From Squalus acanthias (lineage: Eukaryota), in contig CM059438.1 of the NCBI GenBank assembly GCA_030390025.1, forward strand, positions 58,282,001 through 58,346,000: DNA of 64,000 bases, in the 5' to 3' direction. Position 1 is the stretch's first letter, and each line of letters opens with the position of its first letter. Under the pieces are notes generated by a model. That model had not been told where the DNA came from. It saw nothing but the letters and a program-made list of their open reading frames with translations, and searched no databases. Made by a program: the position numbers and the translations under genes. Shown here piece by piece: positions 13,346 to 28,500 of the stretch.

Positions 13346-16300
13346 GGGTACAGAGAGACTCCGGGGAATGGAGCTGGTAACTGGCAGACTTTGAGGAATA
13401 GAGCTGGGTGCAGAAAGACTCTTGGGAATGGAGCTCGCTACAGGCAGACTCTGGGGAATGGAGCTGGGTACAGACAGACTGGGGCATGGAGCTGGGTACA
13501 GACAGACTCTGGGAATGGAGCTGGGTACAGACAGACTCTTGGGAATGGTGCTTGGTACAGGCAGACTGGAGAATGGAGTAGGATACAGTGAGAGTCTGGG
13601 GAATGGAGCTGGGTACAGACAGACTGGGCAATGGAACTGGCTACAGACAGACTCTGGGAATGGAGCTGGGTACAGACAGACTCTTGGGAATGGTGCTTGG
13701 TACAGACAGACTCTGGGGAATGGAGCTGGGTACAGATAGACTTTGGGAATAGTGCTTGGTACAGACAGACTGTGGAATGGAGCTGGGTACAGACAGACTC
13801 TGGGAATGGAGCTGTGTTCAGGGAGACTCTGGGGAATGGAGCTGTCTACAGACAGACTGGGAATGGAGCTGTGTACACACAGACTCTGGGAATGGAGCTG
13901 GGTTCAGATCGACTGGGGAATGGAGCTGGGTACATACAGACAAATGTATGGAGCTGGGTACAGACAGACAGGTGAAAGGAGCTGGGTACAGACAAACTCT
14001 CGGTAAAGGAGCTGGGTACAGGCAGACAGGGGAATGGAGCTGGGTACAGACAGACAGGAGAATTGAGCTGGGTACAGACAGACTGTGGGGAATGGAGCTG
14101 GGTACAGGCAGACTCTGGGAATGGAGCTGGGTACAGACAGGGTCTGGGAATGGATCTGGGTACAGACAGACTTGTATTATGGAGCTGGGTACAGAAAGAC
14201 TCTAAGAATGGAGCCGCGTATTGACAGACTCTGGGAATGGCACTGGGTACAGAAAGACTGGAGAATGGAACTGGGTACAGACAGACTCTGGGGAAAGGAG
14301 CTGGGCACAGACAGTTTTGGGGAATGGAGCAGCTGGGAACAGAGAGACTCTGGGGAATGGAGCTGGGAACAGAGAGACTCTGGGGAATGGAGGTCGGTGC
14401 AGGCAGACTCTGGGGAATGGAGCTGGGTACAGATAGACTTTGGGAATAGTGCTTGGGACAGACAGACTGTGGAATGGAGCTGGGTACAGACAGACTGTGG
14501 AATGGAGCTGGGTACAGACAGACTCTGGGAATGGAGCTGTGTTCAGGGAGACTCTGGAGAATGGAGCTTTCTACAGACAGACTGGGGTATGGAGCAGGGT
14601 ACAGACAGACTCTGGGAATGGAGCTGGGTACAGATCGACCTGGGAACGGGTTGGGTACAGAGAGACTCTGGGGAAAGGAGCTGGGTACAGGCAGACAGGT
14701 GAATGGAGCTGGGTACAGACAGACAGGTGAATGGAGCTGGGTACAGACAGACTGTGGGGAATGGAGCTGGGTACATACAGACTGGGGAATGAAGCTGTGT
14801 ACAGGGAGACTTTGGGAATGGAGCTGGGTACAGACAGACTTGTATTATGGAGCTGGGTACAGAAAGACTCTAAGAATGGAGCCGGGTATTGAAAGACTCT
14901 GGGAATGGCGCTGGGTACAGACAGACTGGAGAATGGAACTGGGTACAGACAAACTCTGGGGAAAGGAACTGGTTACAGACAGTTTTGGGGAATGGAGCTG
15001 TCTACAGACCGACTGGGGAATGGAGCTGGGTACATACAGACAGATGTATGGAGCTGGGTACAGACAGACAGATGAATGGAGCTGGGTAAAGACAGACTGT
15101 GGGTAAAGGAGCTGGGAACAGGCAGACAGGGGAATGGTGCTGGGTACAGACAGACTGGGGAACGGAGCTGGATACAGACAGACTGGGGAATGGAGTACAG
15201 ACAGATTCTGGGAATGGAGCTCGGTACAGATAGACTCTGGGGAATGGAGCTGGGTACAGAAAACTGGGGAATGGAGCTGGGTACAGACAGACTGATGAAT
15301 GGAGTTGGGTAGAGGCAGAGTCTGGGAATGGAGCTGCGTACAGACAGACTATGGGAATGGAGCTGGGTACAGACAGACTTCGGGAATGGAGTTGGGTACA
15401 GACAGACTGGGGAATGGAGCAAGGTTCAGAGAGAATGGGGAATGAAGCTGGGTACAGACAGACTCTGGGAATGGAGCTGGGTACAGACAGCCACTGGGAA
15501 TGGTGCTGTGTACAGACGGACTCTGGGGAATGGAGCTGGGTACAGACAGATTCTGGGAATGGAGCTGGGTACAGATAGACTGAGGAATGGTGTTGGGTAG
15601 AGGCAGAGTCTGGGAATGGAGCTGGATACAGACAGAATTTGGGAATGGAGCTGGGTACAGGCAGACTAGGGGAATGGAGCTGGTTACAGACAGATTCTGG
15701 GGAATGCAGCTGGTTACAGACAGACTGGGGAATGGAGTACAGACAGATTCTGGGAATGGAGCTACGTACAGATAGACTCTTGGGAATGGAGCTGGGTACA
15801 GAAGACTGGGGAATAGGGCTGGGTACAGACAGACTTTGGGGAATGGAGCTGGGTACAGACAGTCTCTGGGGGATGGAGCTGGGTACAGAGAGACTGAGGA
15901 ATGGAGTTGGGTAGAGGCTGAGTCTGGGAATGGATCTGGGTACAGACAGAATTTGGGAAAGGAGCTTGGTGCAGGCGGACTCTGGGGAATGGAGCTGGGT
16001 ACAGACAGATTCTGGGGAATGGAGCTGGTTACAGAGAGAATGGGGAATGAAGCTGGGTACAGACAGACTCTGGAAATTGAGCTGGGTACAGACAGACGCT
16101 GGGAATGGTGCTGGGTACAGACGGATTCTGGGGAATGGAGCTGGGTAAAGACAGATTCTGGGAATGGAGCTGGGTACAGATAGACTCTGGGGAATGGAGC
16201 TGGTTATGACAGTCTCTGGGTATAGGAGTTGGGTACAGACACACTGATGAATGGTGTTGGGTAGAGGCAGAGTCTGGGAATGGAACTGGGTACAGACAGA

Positions 16301-17955
16301 ATTTGGGAATGGAGCTGGGTACAGACAGACTGGGGAATAGAACTGGGTACAGCCAGACTCTGGGGAATGGAGCTGGTTATGACAGTCTCTGAGTATAGGA
16401 GTTGGGTACAGACACACTGAGGAATGGTGTTGGGTAGATGCAGAGTCTGGGAATGGAACTGGGTACAGACAGAATTTGGGAATGGAGCTGGGTACAGACA
16501 GACTCTGGGGAATGGAGCTGGCTACAAACAGACTCTGGGAATGGTGCTGGGTACAGACAGACTCTGGGGAATGGAACTCGGTACAGGCGGAATCTGGGGA
16601 ATGGAGCTGGGCACAGACAGACTCTGTGAATGGAGCAGGGTACAGACAGACTAGAGAATGGAGCTTGATTCAGAGAGACTGGGGAATGGAGCTGGGTACA
16701 GGCAGACTGGGGAATGGAGTACAGAAAGATTCTGGGAATGGAGCTTGGTACAGATATGCGCTGGGGAATGAAGCTGGTTATGACAGTCTCTGGGGAATAG
16801 AGCTGGGTACAGACAGACTCTGGGGAATGGAGCTGGGTGCAGACAGAATTTGGAAATGGAGCTGTGTACAGACAGACTATCGGAATGGAGCTTGATCCAG
16901 ACAGACTCTGTGAATGGAGCTGGGTACAGACAGACTAGAGAATGGAGCTTGGTTTAGAGAGACTGGGGAATGGAGCTGGGTACAGGCAGACTAGGGGAAT
17001 GGAGCTGGTTACAGACAGATTCTTGGGAATGCAGCTGGTTACAGACAGACTGGGGAACGGAGCTGGATACAGACAGACTGGGGAATGGAGTACAGACAGA
17101 TTCTGGGAATGGAGCTCGGTACAGATAGACTCTGGGGAATGGAGCTGGGTACAGAAGACTGGGGAATAGAGCTGGGTGCAGACAGACTTTGGGGAATGGA
17201 GCTGGGTACAGACAGTCTCTGGGGGATGGAGCTGGGTACAGACAGAGTAAGGAATGGAGTTGGGTAGTGGCAGAGTCTGGGAATGGAACTGGGTGCAGAC
17301 AGAATTTGGGAATGGAGCTGGGTACAGACAGACTGAGGAATGGCGTTGGGTAGAGGCAGAGTCTGGGAATGGAGCTGGGTACAGACAGACTCTTGGAATG
17401 TTGCGGGGTACAGAAAGACTCTGGGAATGGAGCTGGGTACAGACAGACTTCGGGAATGGAGCTGGGTATAGACAGACTCTGGGGAATGGAGCTCGGTACA
17501 GGCGGACTCTGGGGAATGGAGCTTGTTACAGAGAGACTGTGGAACAGAGCTGGATACAGACAGACTGGAGAATGGAGCAGGGTTCAGAGAGAATGGGGAA
17601 TGAAGCTGGGTACAGACAGACACTGGGAATGGTGTTGGGTACAGACGGACTCTGGGGAAGAGAGCTGGGTACAGACAGATTCTGGGAATGGAGCTGGGTA
17701 CAGATAGAATTTGGGAATGGAGCTGGGTACAGAGAGTCTCTGGGGAATGGAGTTGGATCCAGACAGACTCTGTGAATGGAGCTGGGTACAGACAGACTAG
17801 AGAATGGAGCTTGGTTCAGAGAGACTGGGGAATGGAGCTGGGTACAGGCAGACTAGGGGAATGGAGCTGGTTACATACAGATTCTTGGTAATGCAGCTGG
17901 TTACAGACAGACTGGGGAACGGAGTACAGACAGATTCCGGGAATGGAGCTCGGTA

Positions 17956-20247
17956 CAGACAGACTTTGGGGAATGGAGCTGGGTACAGACAGAGTGCGGA
18001 ATGGCGTTGGGTAGTGGCAGAGTCTGGGAATGGAACTGGGTACAGACAGAATTTGGGAATGGAGCTGGGTACAGACAGACTGAGGAATGGCGTTGGGTAG
18101 AGGCAGAGTCTGGGAATGGAGCTGGGTACAGACAGACTCTTGGAATGTTGCGGGGTACAGAAAGACTCTGGGAATGGAGCTGGGTACAGACAGACTTCGG
18201 GAATGGAGCTGGTTCCAGAGAGGCTGTGGAACAGAGTTGGATACAGACAGACTGGGGAATGGAGCAGGGTTCAGAGAGAATGGGGAATGAAGCTGGGTAC
18301 AGACAGACACTGGGAATGGTGTTGGGTACAGACGGACTCTGGGGAAGAGAGCTGGGTACAGACAGACTCTGGGGAATGGAACTCGGTACAGGCGGAATCT
18401 GGGGAATGGAACTGGGCACAGACAGACTCTGTGAATGGAGCAGGGTACAGACAGACTAGAGAATGGAGCTTGATTCAGAGAGACTGGGGAATGGAGCTGG
18501 GTACAGGCAGACTGGGGAATGGAGTACAGACAGATTCTGGGAATGGAGCTTGGTACAGATATGCGCTGGGGAATGAAGCTGGTTATGACAGTCTCTGGGG
18601 AATAGAGCTGGGTACAGACAGACTCTGGGGAATGGAGCTGGGTGCAGACAGAATTTGGAAATGGAGCTGTGTACAGACAGACTATCGGAATGGAGCTTGA
18701 TCCAGACAGACTCTGTGAATGGAGCTGGGTACAGACAGACTAGAGAATGGAGCTTGGTTTAGAGAGACTGGGGAATGGAGCTGGGTACAGGCAGACTAGG
18801 GGAATGGAGCTGGTTACAGACAGATTCTTGGGAATGCAGCTGGTTACAGACAGACTGGGGAACGGAGCTGGATACACACAGACTGGGGAATGGAGTACAG
18901 ACAGATTCTGGGAATGGAGCTCGGTACAGATAGACTCTGGGGAATGGAGCTGGGTACAGAAGACTGGGGAATAGAGCTGGGTGCAGACAGACTTTGGGGA
19001 ATGGAGCTGGGTACAGACAGAGTGCCGAATGGCGTTGGGTAGTGGCAGAGTCTGGGAATGGAACTGGGTACAGACAGAATTTGGGAATGGAGCTGGGTAC
19101 AGACAGACTGAGGAATGGCGTTGGGTAGAGGCAGAGTCTGGGAATGGAGCTGGGTACAGACAGACTCTTGGAATGTTGCGGGGTACAGAAAGACTCTGGG
19201 AATGGAGCTGGGTACAGACAGACTTCGGGAATGGAGCTGGTTCCAGAGAGGCTGTGGAACAGAGTTGGATACAGACAGACTGGGGAATGGAGCAGGGTTC
19301 AGAGAGAATGGGGAATGAAGCTGGGTACAGACAGACACTGGGAATGGTGTTGGGTACAGACGGACTCTGGGGAAGAGAGCTGGGTACAGACAGACTCTGG
19401 GGAATGGAACTCGGTACAGGCGGAATCTGGGGAATGGAACTGGGCACAGACAGACTCTGTGAATGGAGCAGGGTACAGACAGACTAGAGAATGGAGCTTG
19501 ATTCAGAGAGACTGGGGAATGGAGCTGGGTACAGGCAGACTGGGGAATGGAGTACAGACAGATTCTGGGAATGGAGCTTGGTACAGATATGCGCTGGGGA
19601 ATGAAGCTGGTTATGACAGTCTCTGGGGAATAGAGCTGGGTACAGACAGACTCTGGGGAATGGAGCTGGGTGCAGACAGAATTTGGAAATGGAGCTGTGT
19701 ACAGACAGACTATCGGAATGGAGCTTGATCCAGACAGACTCTGTGAATGGAGCTGGGTACAGACAGACTAGAGAATGGAGCTTGGTTTAGAGAGACTGGG
19801 GAATGGAGCTGGGTACAGGCAGACTAGGGGAATGGAGCTGGTTACAGACAGATTCTTGGGAATGCAGCTGGTTACAGACAGACTGGGGAACGGAGCTGGA
19901 TACACACAGACTGGGGAATGGAGTACAGACAGATTCTGGGAATGGAGCTCGGTACAGATAGACTCTGGGGAATGGAGCTGGGTACAGAAGACTGGGGAAT
20001 AGAGCTGGGTGCAGACAGACTTTGGGGAATGGAGCTGGGTACAGACAGAGTGCCGAATGGCGTTGGGTAGTGGCAGAGTCTGGGAATGGAACTGGGTACA
20101 GACAGAATTTGGGAATGGAGCTGGGTACAGACAGACTGAGGAATGGCGTTGGGTAGAGGCAGAGTCTGGGAATGGAGCTGGGTACAGACAGACTCTTGGA
20201 ATGTTGCGGGGTACAGAAAGACTCTGGGAATGGAGCTGGGTACAGAC
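17956..20247 (+). repeat. 1,028-bp tandem duplication, two full copies plus a partial third
   Basis: ORF offsets of 1028 (18087/19115/20143, 18116/19144/20172, 18747/19775). Similarity ends near 20248. Confidence 0.9.
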
Positions 20248-23153
20248 GGACTCTGGGGAATGGAGCTTGGTACAGACAGATTCTGGGAATGGAGCTGGGT
20301 ACAGATAGACTCTGGGGAATGGAGCTGGGTACAGAGAGTCTCTGGGGAATGGAGTTGGGTACAGACAGACTGAGGAATGGTGTTGGGTTGAGGCAGAGTC
20401 TGGGAATGGAGCTGGATACAGACAGAATTTGGGCATGGAGTTGGGTACAGACAGACTATGGGGATGGAGCTGGGTACAGACAGACTCTGGGAATGGAGCT
20501 GGGTACAGACAGACTCTGGGGAATGGAACACGGTACAGGCAGACTCTGGGGAATGTAGCTGGGTACAGACAGAATCTGTGAATGGAGCTGGGAACAGACA
20601 GACTCTGTGAATGGAGCTGGGTACAGACAGACTCTGTGAATGAAGCTGGGTACAGGCAGACTAGGGGAATGGAGCTGGGTACAGACAGAACCTGGGAATG
20701 GAGCTGGGTACAGACAGACTCTGGGGAATCGAACTCGGTACAGGCGTACTCTTGGGAATGGAGCTGGGTACACGCAGACGAGAGAATGGAGCTTGGTTCA
20801 GAGAGACTGGGGAATGGAGCTGGGTACAGACAGACTAGGGGAATGAAGCTGGTTACAGACAGATTCTGGGGAATGCAGCTGGTTACAGACAGACTGGCGA
20901 ACGGAGCTGGATACAGACAGACTTGGGAATGGAGTACAGACAGATTCTGGGAATGGAGCTCGGTACAGATTGACTCTGGGGAATGGAGCTGGGTACAGAA
21001 GACTGGGGAATAGAGCTGGGTACAGACAAACTTTGGGGAATGGAGCTGGGTACAGACAGTCTCTGGGGGATGGAGTTGGGTACAGACAGACTGAGGAATT
21101 CCGTTGGGTAGAGGCAGAGTCTGGGAATGGAGCTAGGTACAGACAGTCTCTTGGAATGTTGTTGGGTACAGAAAGATTCTGGGGAATGGAGCTGGGTGCA
21201 GACCGACTCTGTGGAATGGATCTTGTACAGCCAGACATTGGGAAATCGAGTTGGGTACAGACAGACTCTGGGAATACAGCTGTGTACAGACAGACTCTGC
21301 GAAAGGATCTCGTTACAGACAGACTGGGGAATGGAGCTGGGTACATAAAGACTCTGCGAAAGGAGCTGGGTACAGACAGACTGGAGAATGGAACTGTGTA
21401 CAGACAGACTCGCGGGATCGGAGCCGGGTACAGACAGTCTCCAGGAATCGAGCTGGGTACAGTAAGACTCTCGGGAATGGAGCTGGGTACAGACAGACAT
21501 CGGGAATGGAGCTGCGTATAGACAGACTCTGGGGAATGGAGCTCGGTACAGGCGGACTCTGGGGAATGAAGCTGGGTACAGACAGACTCTGGGGAATGGA
21601 GCTGGTTACAGAGAGACTGTGGAACAGAGCTGGATACAGACAGACTGGAGAATGGAGCAGGGTTTAGAGAGAATGGGGAATGAAGCTGGGTACAGACAGA
21701 TTCTAGGAATGGAGCTAGGTACAGACAGACACTGGGAATGATGTTGGGTACAGACGGACTCTGGGGCATGGAGCTGGGTACAGACAGATTCTGGGAATGG
21801 AGCTGGGTACAGACAGACTAGAGAATGGAGCTTGGTTCAGAGAGACTGGTGAATGGAGCTGGGTACAGACAGTTTCTTGGGAATGCAGCTGGTTACAGAG
21901 AGATTGGGGAACGGAGCTGGATACAGACGGACTGGGGAATGGAGTACAGACAGATTCTGGGAATGGCGCTTGGTACAGATTGACTCTGGGGAATGGAGCT
22001 GGGTACAGAAGACTGGGGAATAGAGCTGGGTACAGACAGACTTTGGGGAATGGAGCTGGGTACAGACAGTCTCTGGGGGATGGAGCTGGGTACAGACAGA
22101 CTGAGGAATGCCGTTGGGTAGAGGCAGAGTCTGGGAATGGAGCTAGGTACAGACAGACTCTTGGAATGGTGCTGGGTACAGAAAGACACTGGGAATGGAG
22201 CTGGGTACTGTCAGATTCTGGGGGAAGGAGCTGGGTACAGACAGACTCTGTGGAATGGATCTTGTAAAAACAGACATTGGGAAATCGAGCTGGGTACAGA
22301 CAGACTCTGGGAATACAGCTGTGTACAGACAGACTCTGGGAATGGATCTCGTTACAGACAGACTGGGGAATGGAGCTGGGTACATAAAGACTCTGCAAAG
22401 GGAGCTGGGTACAGACAGACTGGAGAATGGAACTCGGTACAGAAAGACTCGTGGGATAGGAGTCGGGTACAGAAAGTCTCCAGGAATCGAGCTGGGTACA
22501 GGAAGACTCTCGGGAATGGAGCTGGGTACAGGCAGACTTCGGGAATAGTGCTGGGTATAGACAGACTCTGGGGAATGGAGCTCGGTACAGGCGGACTCTG
22601 GGGAATGAAGCTGGGTACAGACAGACTCTGGGGAATGGAGCTGGTTACAGAGAGACTGTGGAACAGAGCTGGATACAGACAGACTGGGGAATGGAGCAGG
22701 TTTTAGAGAGAATTGGGAATGAAGCTGGGTACAGACAGATTCTAGGAATGGAGCTGGGTACAGATAGACTCTGGGGAATGGAGCTGGGTACAGACAGTCT
22801 CTGGGGAATGGAGTTGGGTACAGACAGACTGAGGAATGGGGATGGGTAGAGGCAGAGTCTGGGAATGGAGCTGGATACAGACAGAATTTTGGAATGGAGC
22901 TGGGTACAGACAGACTATGGGAATGGAGCTGGGTACAGACAGACTCTGGGAATGGAGCTGGGTAGAGACAGACTCTGGGGAATGGAAATCGGTACAGGCG
23001 GACTCTGGGGAATCGAGCTGGGTACAGACAGAATCTGTGAATGGAGCTGGGTACAGACAGACTCTGTGAATGGAGCTGGGTACAGGCAGACTAGGGGAAT
23101 GGAGTTGGGTACAGACAGACCCTGGGAATGGAGCTGGGTACAGACAGACTATG

Positions 23154-25513
23154 GGAATGGAGCAGGGTACAGACAGACTCTGGGAATGGTGCTGGGTACA
23201 GACAGGCTCTGAAGAATGGAACTCGGTACAGACAGACTCTGTGAATGGAGCTGGGTACAGACAGACTCTGTGAATGGAGCTGGGTACAGGCAGACTAGGG
23301 GAATGGAGCTGGTTACAGACAGATTCTGGGGAATGCAGCTGGTTACAGACAGACTGGGGAACGGAGCTGGATACAGACAGACTGGGGAATGGAGTACAGA
23401 CAGATTCTGGGAATGGAGCTGGGTACAGACAGACTCTGGGGAATGGAACTTGTACAGACAGACATTGGGAAATCGAGCTGGGTACAGAGTGACTCTGGGA
23501 ATACTGATGTGTATAGACAGACTCTGTGAATGGAGCTGGGTACAGACAGACTCTGTGAATGGAGCTGGGTACAGGCAGACTAGGGGAATGGAGATGGTTA
23601 CAGACAGATTCTGGGGAATGCAGCTGGTTACAGACAGACTGGGGAACGGAGCTGGATACAGACAGACTGGGGAATGGAGTACAGACAGATTCTGGGAATG
23701 GAGCTCGGTACAGTCAGACTCTTGGGAATGGAGCTGGGTACAGACAGACTCTGGGGAATGGAGCTGGTTACAGAGAGACTGTGGAACAGAGCTGGATACA
23801 GACAGAATTTGGGAATGGAGCTGGGTACAGACAGACTGATGAATGGCGTTGAGTAGATGCAGAGTCTGGGAATGGAGCTGCGTACAGACAAACTATGGGA
23901 ATGGATCTGGGTACAGACAGACTGGAGAATGGAGCTGGGTACAGTCAGATTCTGGGGAATGGAGCTGGCTACAAACAGACTCTGGGAATGGTGCTGCGTA
24001 CAGACAGACTCTGGGGAATGGAACTCGGTACAGGCGGAATCTGGGGAATGGAGCTGGGCAGAGACAGACTCTGTGAATGGAGCAGGGTACAGACAGACTA
24101 GAGAATGGAGCTTGATTCAGAGAGACTGGGGAATGGAGCTGGGTACAGGCAGACTGGGGAATGGAGTACAGAAAGATTCTGGGAATGGAGCTTGGTACAG
24201 ATATGCGCTGGGGAATGAAGCTGGTTATGACAGTCTCTGGGGAATAGAGCTGGGTACAGACAGACTCTGGGGAATGGAGCTGGGTGCAGACAGAATTTGG
24301 AAATGGAGCTGTGTACAGACAGACTATCGGAATGGAGCAGGGTACAGACAGACTCTGGGAATGGTGCTGGGTACAGACAGGCTCTGAAGAATGGAACTCG
24401 GTACAGACAGACTCTGTGAATGGAGCTGGGTACAGACAGACTCTGTGAATGGAGCTGGGTACAGGCAGACTAGGGGAATGGAGCTGGTTACAGACAGATT
24501 CTGGGGAATGCAGCTGGTTACAGACAGACTGGGGAACGGAGCTGGATACAGACAGACTGGGGAATGGAGTACAGACAGATTCTGGGAATGGAGCTGGGTA
24601 CAGACAGACTCTGGGGAATGGAACTTGTACAGACAGACATTGGGAAATCGAGCTGGGTACAGAGTGACTCTGGGAATACTGATGTGTATAGACAGACTCT
24701 GTGAATGGAGCTGGGTACAGACAGACTCTGTGAATGGAGCTGGGTACAGGCAGACTAGGGGAATGGAGATGGTTACAGACAGATTCTGGGGAATGCAGCT
24801 GGTTACAGACAGACTGGGGAACGGAGCTGGATACAGACAGACTGGGGAATGGAGTACAGACAGATTCTGGGAATGGAGCTCGGTACAGTCAGACTCTTGG
24901 GAATGGAGCTGGGTACAGACAGACTCTGGGGAATGGAGCTGGTTACAGAGAGACTGTGGAACAGAGCTGGATACAGACAGAATTTGGGAATGGAGCTGGG
25001 TACAGACAGACTGATGAATGGCGTTGAGTAGATGCAGAGTCTGGGAATGGAGCTGCGTACAGACAAACTATGGGAATGGATCTGGGTACAGACAGACTGG
25101 AGAATGGAGCTGGGTACAGTCAGATTCTGGGGAATGGAGCTGGCTACAAACAGACTCTGGGAATGGTGCTGCGTACAGACAGACTCTGGGGAATGGAACT
25201 CGGTACAGGCGGAATCTGGGGAATGGAGCTGGGCAGAGACAGACTCTGTGAATGGAGCAGGGTACAGACAGACTAGAGAATGGAGCTTGATTCAGAGAGA
25301 CTGGGGAATGGAGCTGGGTACAGGCAGACTGGGGAATGGAGTACAGAAAGATTCTGGGAATGGAGCTTGGTACAGATATGCGCTGGGGAATGAAGCTGGT
25401 TATGACAGTCTCTGGGGAATAGAGCTGGGTACAGACAGACTCTGGGGAATGGAGCTGGGTGCAGACAGAATTTGGAAATGGAGCTGTGTACAGACAGACT
25501 ATCGGAATGGAGC
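23154..25513 (+). repeat. 1,175-bp tandem duplication, with a third dispersed copy at about 27058-28241
   Basis: Identical or near-identical ORF translations at 23216/24391/27120 and 23843/25018/27747. Confidence 0.9.
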
Positions 25514-28500
25514 TGGATCCAGACAGACTAGAGAATGGAGCTTGGTTTAGAGAGACTGGGGAATGGAGCTGGGTACAGGCAGACTAGGGGAATGGAGCTG
25601 GTTACAGACAGATTCTTGGGAATGCAGCTGGTTACAGACAGACTGGGGAACGGAGCTGGATGCAGACAGACTGGGGAATGGAGTACAGACAGATTCTGGG
25701 AATGGAGCTCGGTACAGATAGACTCTGGGGAATGGAGCTGGGTACAGAAGACTGGGGAATAGAGCTGGGTGCAGACAGACAATGGGGAATGGAGCTGGGT
25801 ACAGACAGTCTCTGGGGGATGGAGCTGGGTACAGACAGAGTGAGGAATGGAGTTGGGTAGTGGCAGAGTCTGGGAATGGAACTGGGTGCAGACAGAATTT
25901 GGGAATGGAGCTGGGTACAGACAGACAGAGGAATGGCGTTGGGTAGAGGCAGAGTCTGGGAATGGAGCTGGGTACAGACAGACTCTTGGAATGTTGCGGG
26001 GTACAGAAAGACTCTGGGAATGGAGCTGGGTACAGACAGACTTCGGGAATGGAGCTGGGTATAGACAGACTCTGGGGAATGGAGCTCGGTACAGGCGGAC
26101 TCTGGGGAATGGAGCTTGTTACAGAGAGACTGTGGAACAGAGCTGGATACAGACAGACTGGAGAAAGGAGCAGGGTTCAGAGAGAATGGGGAATGAAGCT
26201 GGGTACAGACAGACTATGGGAATGGAGCTGGGTACAGACAGACACTGGGAATGGTGTTGGGTACAGACGGAATCTGGGGAAGAGAGCTGGGTACCGACAG
26301 ATTCTGGGAATGGAGCTGGGTACAGATAGACTCTGGGGAATGGAGCTGGGTACAGACAGACTAGAGAATGGAGCTTGGTTCAGAGAGACTGGGGAATGGA
26401 GCTGGGTACAGGCAGACCAGGGGAATGGAGCTGGTTACAGACAGATTCTTGGTAATGCAGCTGGTTACAGACAGACTGGGGAACGGAGCTGGATACAGAC
26501 AGACTGGGGAATGGAGTACAGACAGATTCCGGGAATGGAGCTCGGTACAGACAGACTTTGGGGAATGGAGCTGGGTACAGACAGAGTGCGGAATGGCGTT
26601 GGGTAGAGGCAGAGTCTGGGAATGGAGCTGGGTACAGACAGACTCTTGGAATGTTGCGGGGTACAGAAAGACTCTGGGAATGGAGCTGGGTACAGACGGA
26701 CTCTGGGGAATGGAGCTTGGTACAGACAGATTCTGGGAATGGAGCTGGGTACAGATAGACTCTGGGGAATGGAGCTGGGTACAGAGAGTCTCTGGGGAAT
26801 GGAGTTGGGTACAGACAGACTGAGGAATGGTGTTGGGTTGAGGCAGAGTCTGGGAATGGAGCTGGATACAGACAGAATTTGGGCATGGAGTTGGGTACAG
26901 ACAGACTATGGGGATGGAGCTGGGTACAGACAGACTCTGGGAATGGAGCTGGGTACAGACAGACTCTGGGGAATGGAAATCGGTACAGGCGGACTCTGGG
27001 GAATCGAGCTGGGTACAGACAGAATCTGTGAATGGAGCTGGGTACAGACAGACTATGGGAATGGAGCAGGGTACAGACAGACTCTGGGAATGGTGCTGGG
27101 TACAGACAGGCTCTGAAGAATGGAACTCGGTACAGACAGACTCTGTGAATGGAGCTGGGTACAGACAGACTCTGTGAATGGAGCTGGGTACAGGCAGACT
27201 GGGGGAATGGAGCTGGTTACAGACAGATTCTGGGGAATGCAGCTGGTTACAGACAGACTGGGGAACGGAGCTGGATACAGACAGACTGGGGAATGGAGTA
27301 CAGACAGATTCTGGGAATGGAGCTGGGTACAGACAGACTCTGGGGAATGGAACTTGTACAGTCAGACATTGGGAAATCGAGCTGGGTACAGAGTGACTCT
27401 GGGAATACTGATGTGTATAGACAGACTCTGTGAATGGAGCTGGGTACAGACCGACTCTGTGAATGGAGCTGGGTACAGGCAGACTAGGGGAATGGAGCTG
27501 GTTACAGACAGATTCTGGGGAATGCAGCTGGTTACAGACAGACTGGGGAACGGAGCTGGATACAGACAGACTGGGGAATGGAGTACAGACAGATTCTGGG
27601 AATGGAGCTCGGTACAGTCAGACTCTTGGGAATGGAGCTGGGTACAGACAGACTCTGGGGAATGGAGCTGGTTACAGAGAGACTGTGGAACAGAGCTGGA
27701 TACAGACAGAATTTGGGAATGGAGCTGGGTACAGACAGACTGATGAATGGCGTTGAGTAGATGCAGAGTCTGGGAATGGAGCTGCGTACAGACAAACTAT
27801 GGGAATGGATCTGGGTACAGACAGACTGGAGAATGGAGCTGGGTACAGTCAGATTCTGGGGAATGGAGCTGGCTACAAACAGACTCTGGGAATGGTGCTG
27901 CGTACAGACAGACTCTGGGGAATGGAACTCGGTACAGGCGGAATCTGGGGAATGGAGCTGGGCAGAGACAGACTCTGTGAATGGAGCAGGGTACAGACAG
28001 ACTAGAGAATGGAGCTTGATTCAGAGAGACTGGGGAATGGAGCTGGGTACAGGCAGACTGGGGAATGGAGTACAGAAAGATTCTGGGAATGGAGCTTGGT
28101 ACAGATATGCGCTGGGGAATGAAGCTGGTTATGATAGTCTCTGGGGAATAGAGCTGGGTACAGACAGACTCTGGGGAATGGAGCTGGGTGCAGACAGAAT
28201 TTGGAAATGGAGCTGTGTACAGACAGACTATCGGAATGGAGCTGGATCCAGACAGACTCTGTGAATGGAGCTGGGTACAGACAGACTAGAGAATGGAGCT
28301 TGGTTTAGAGAGACTGGGGAATGGAGCTGGTTGCAGACTGATTGGGTAATGGAGCTGGAAACAGACAGACTGGGGAATGGAGTACAGACAGATTCTGGGA
28401 ATGGAGCTCGGTACAGATTGACTCTGGGGAATGGAGCTGGGTACAGAAGACTGGGGAATAGAGCGTGGTACAGACAGACTTTGGGGAATGGAGCTGGGTA

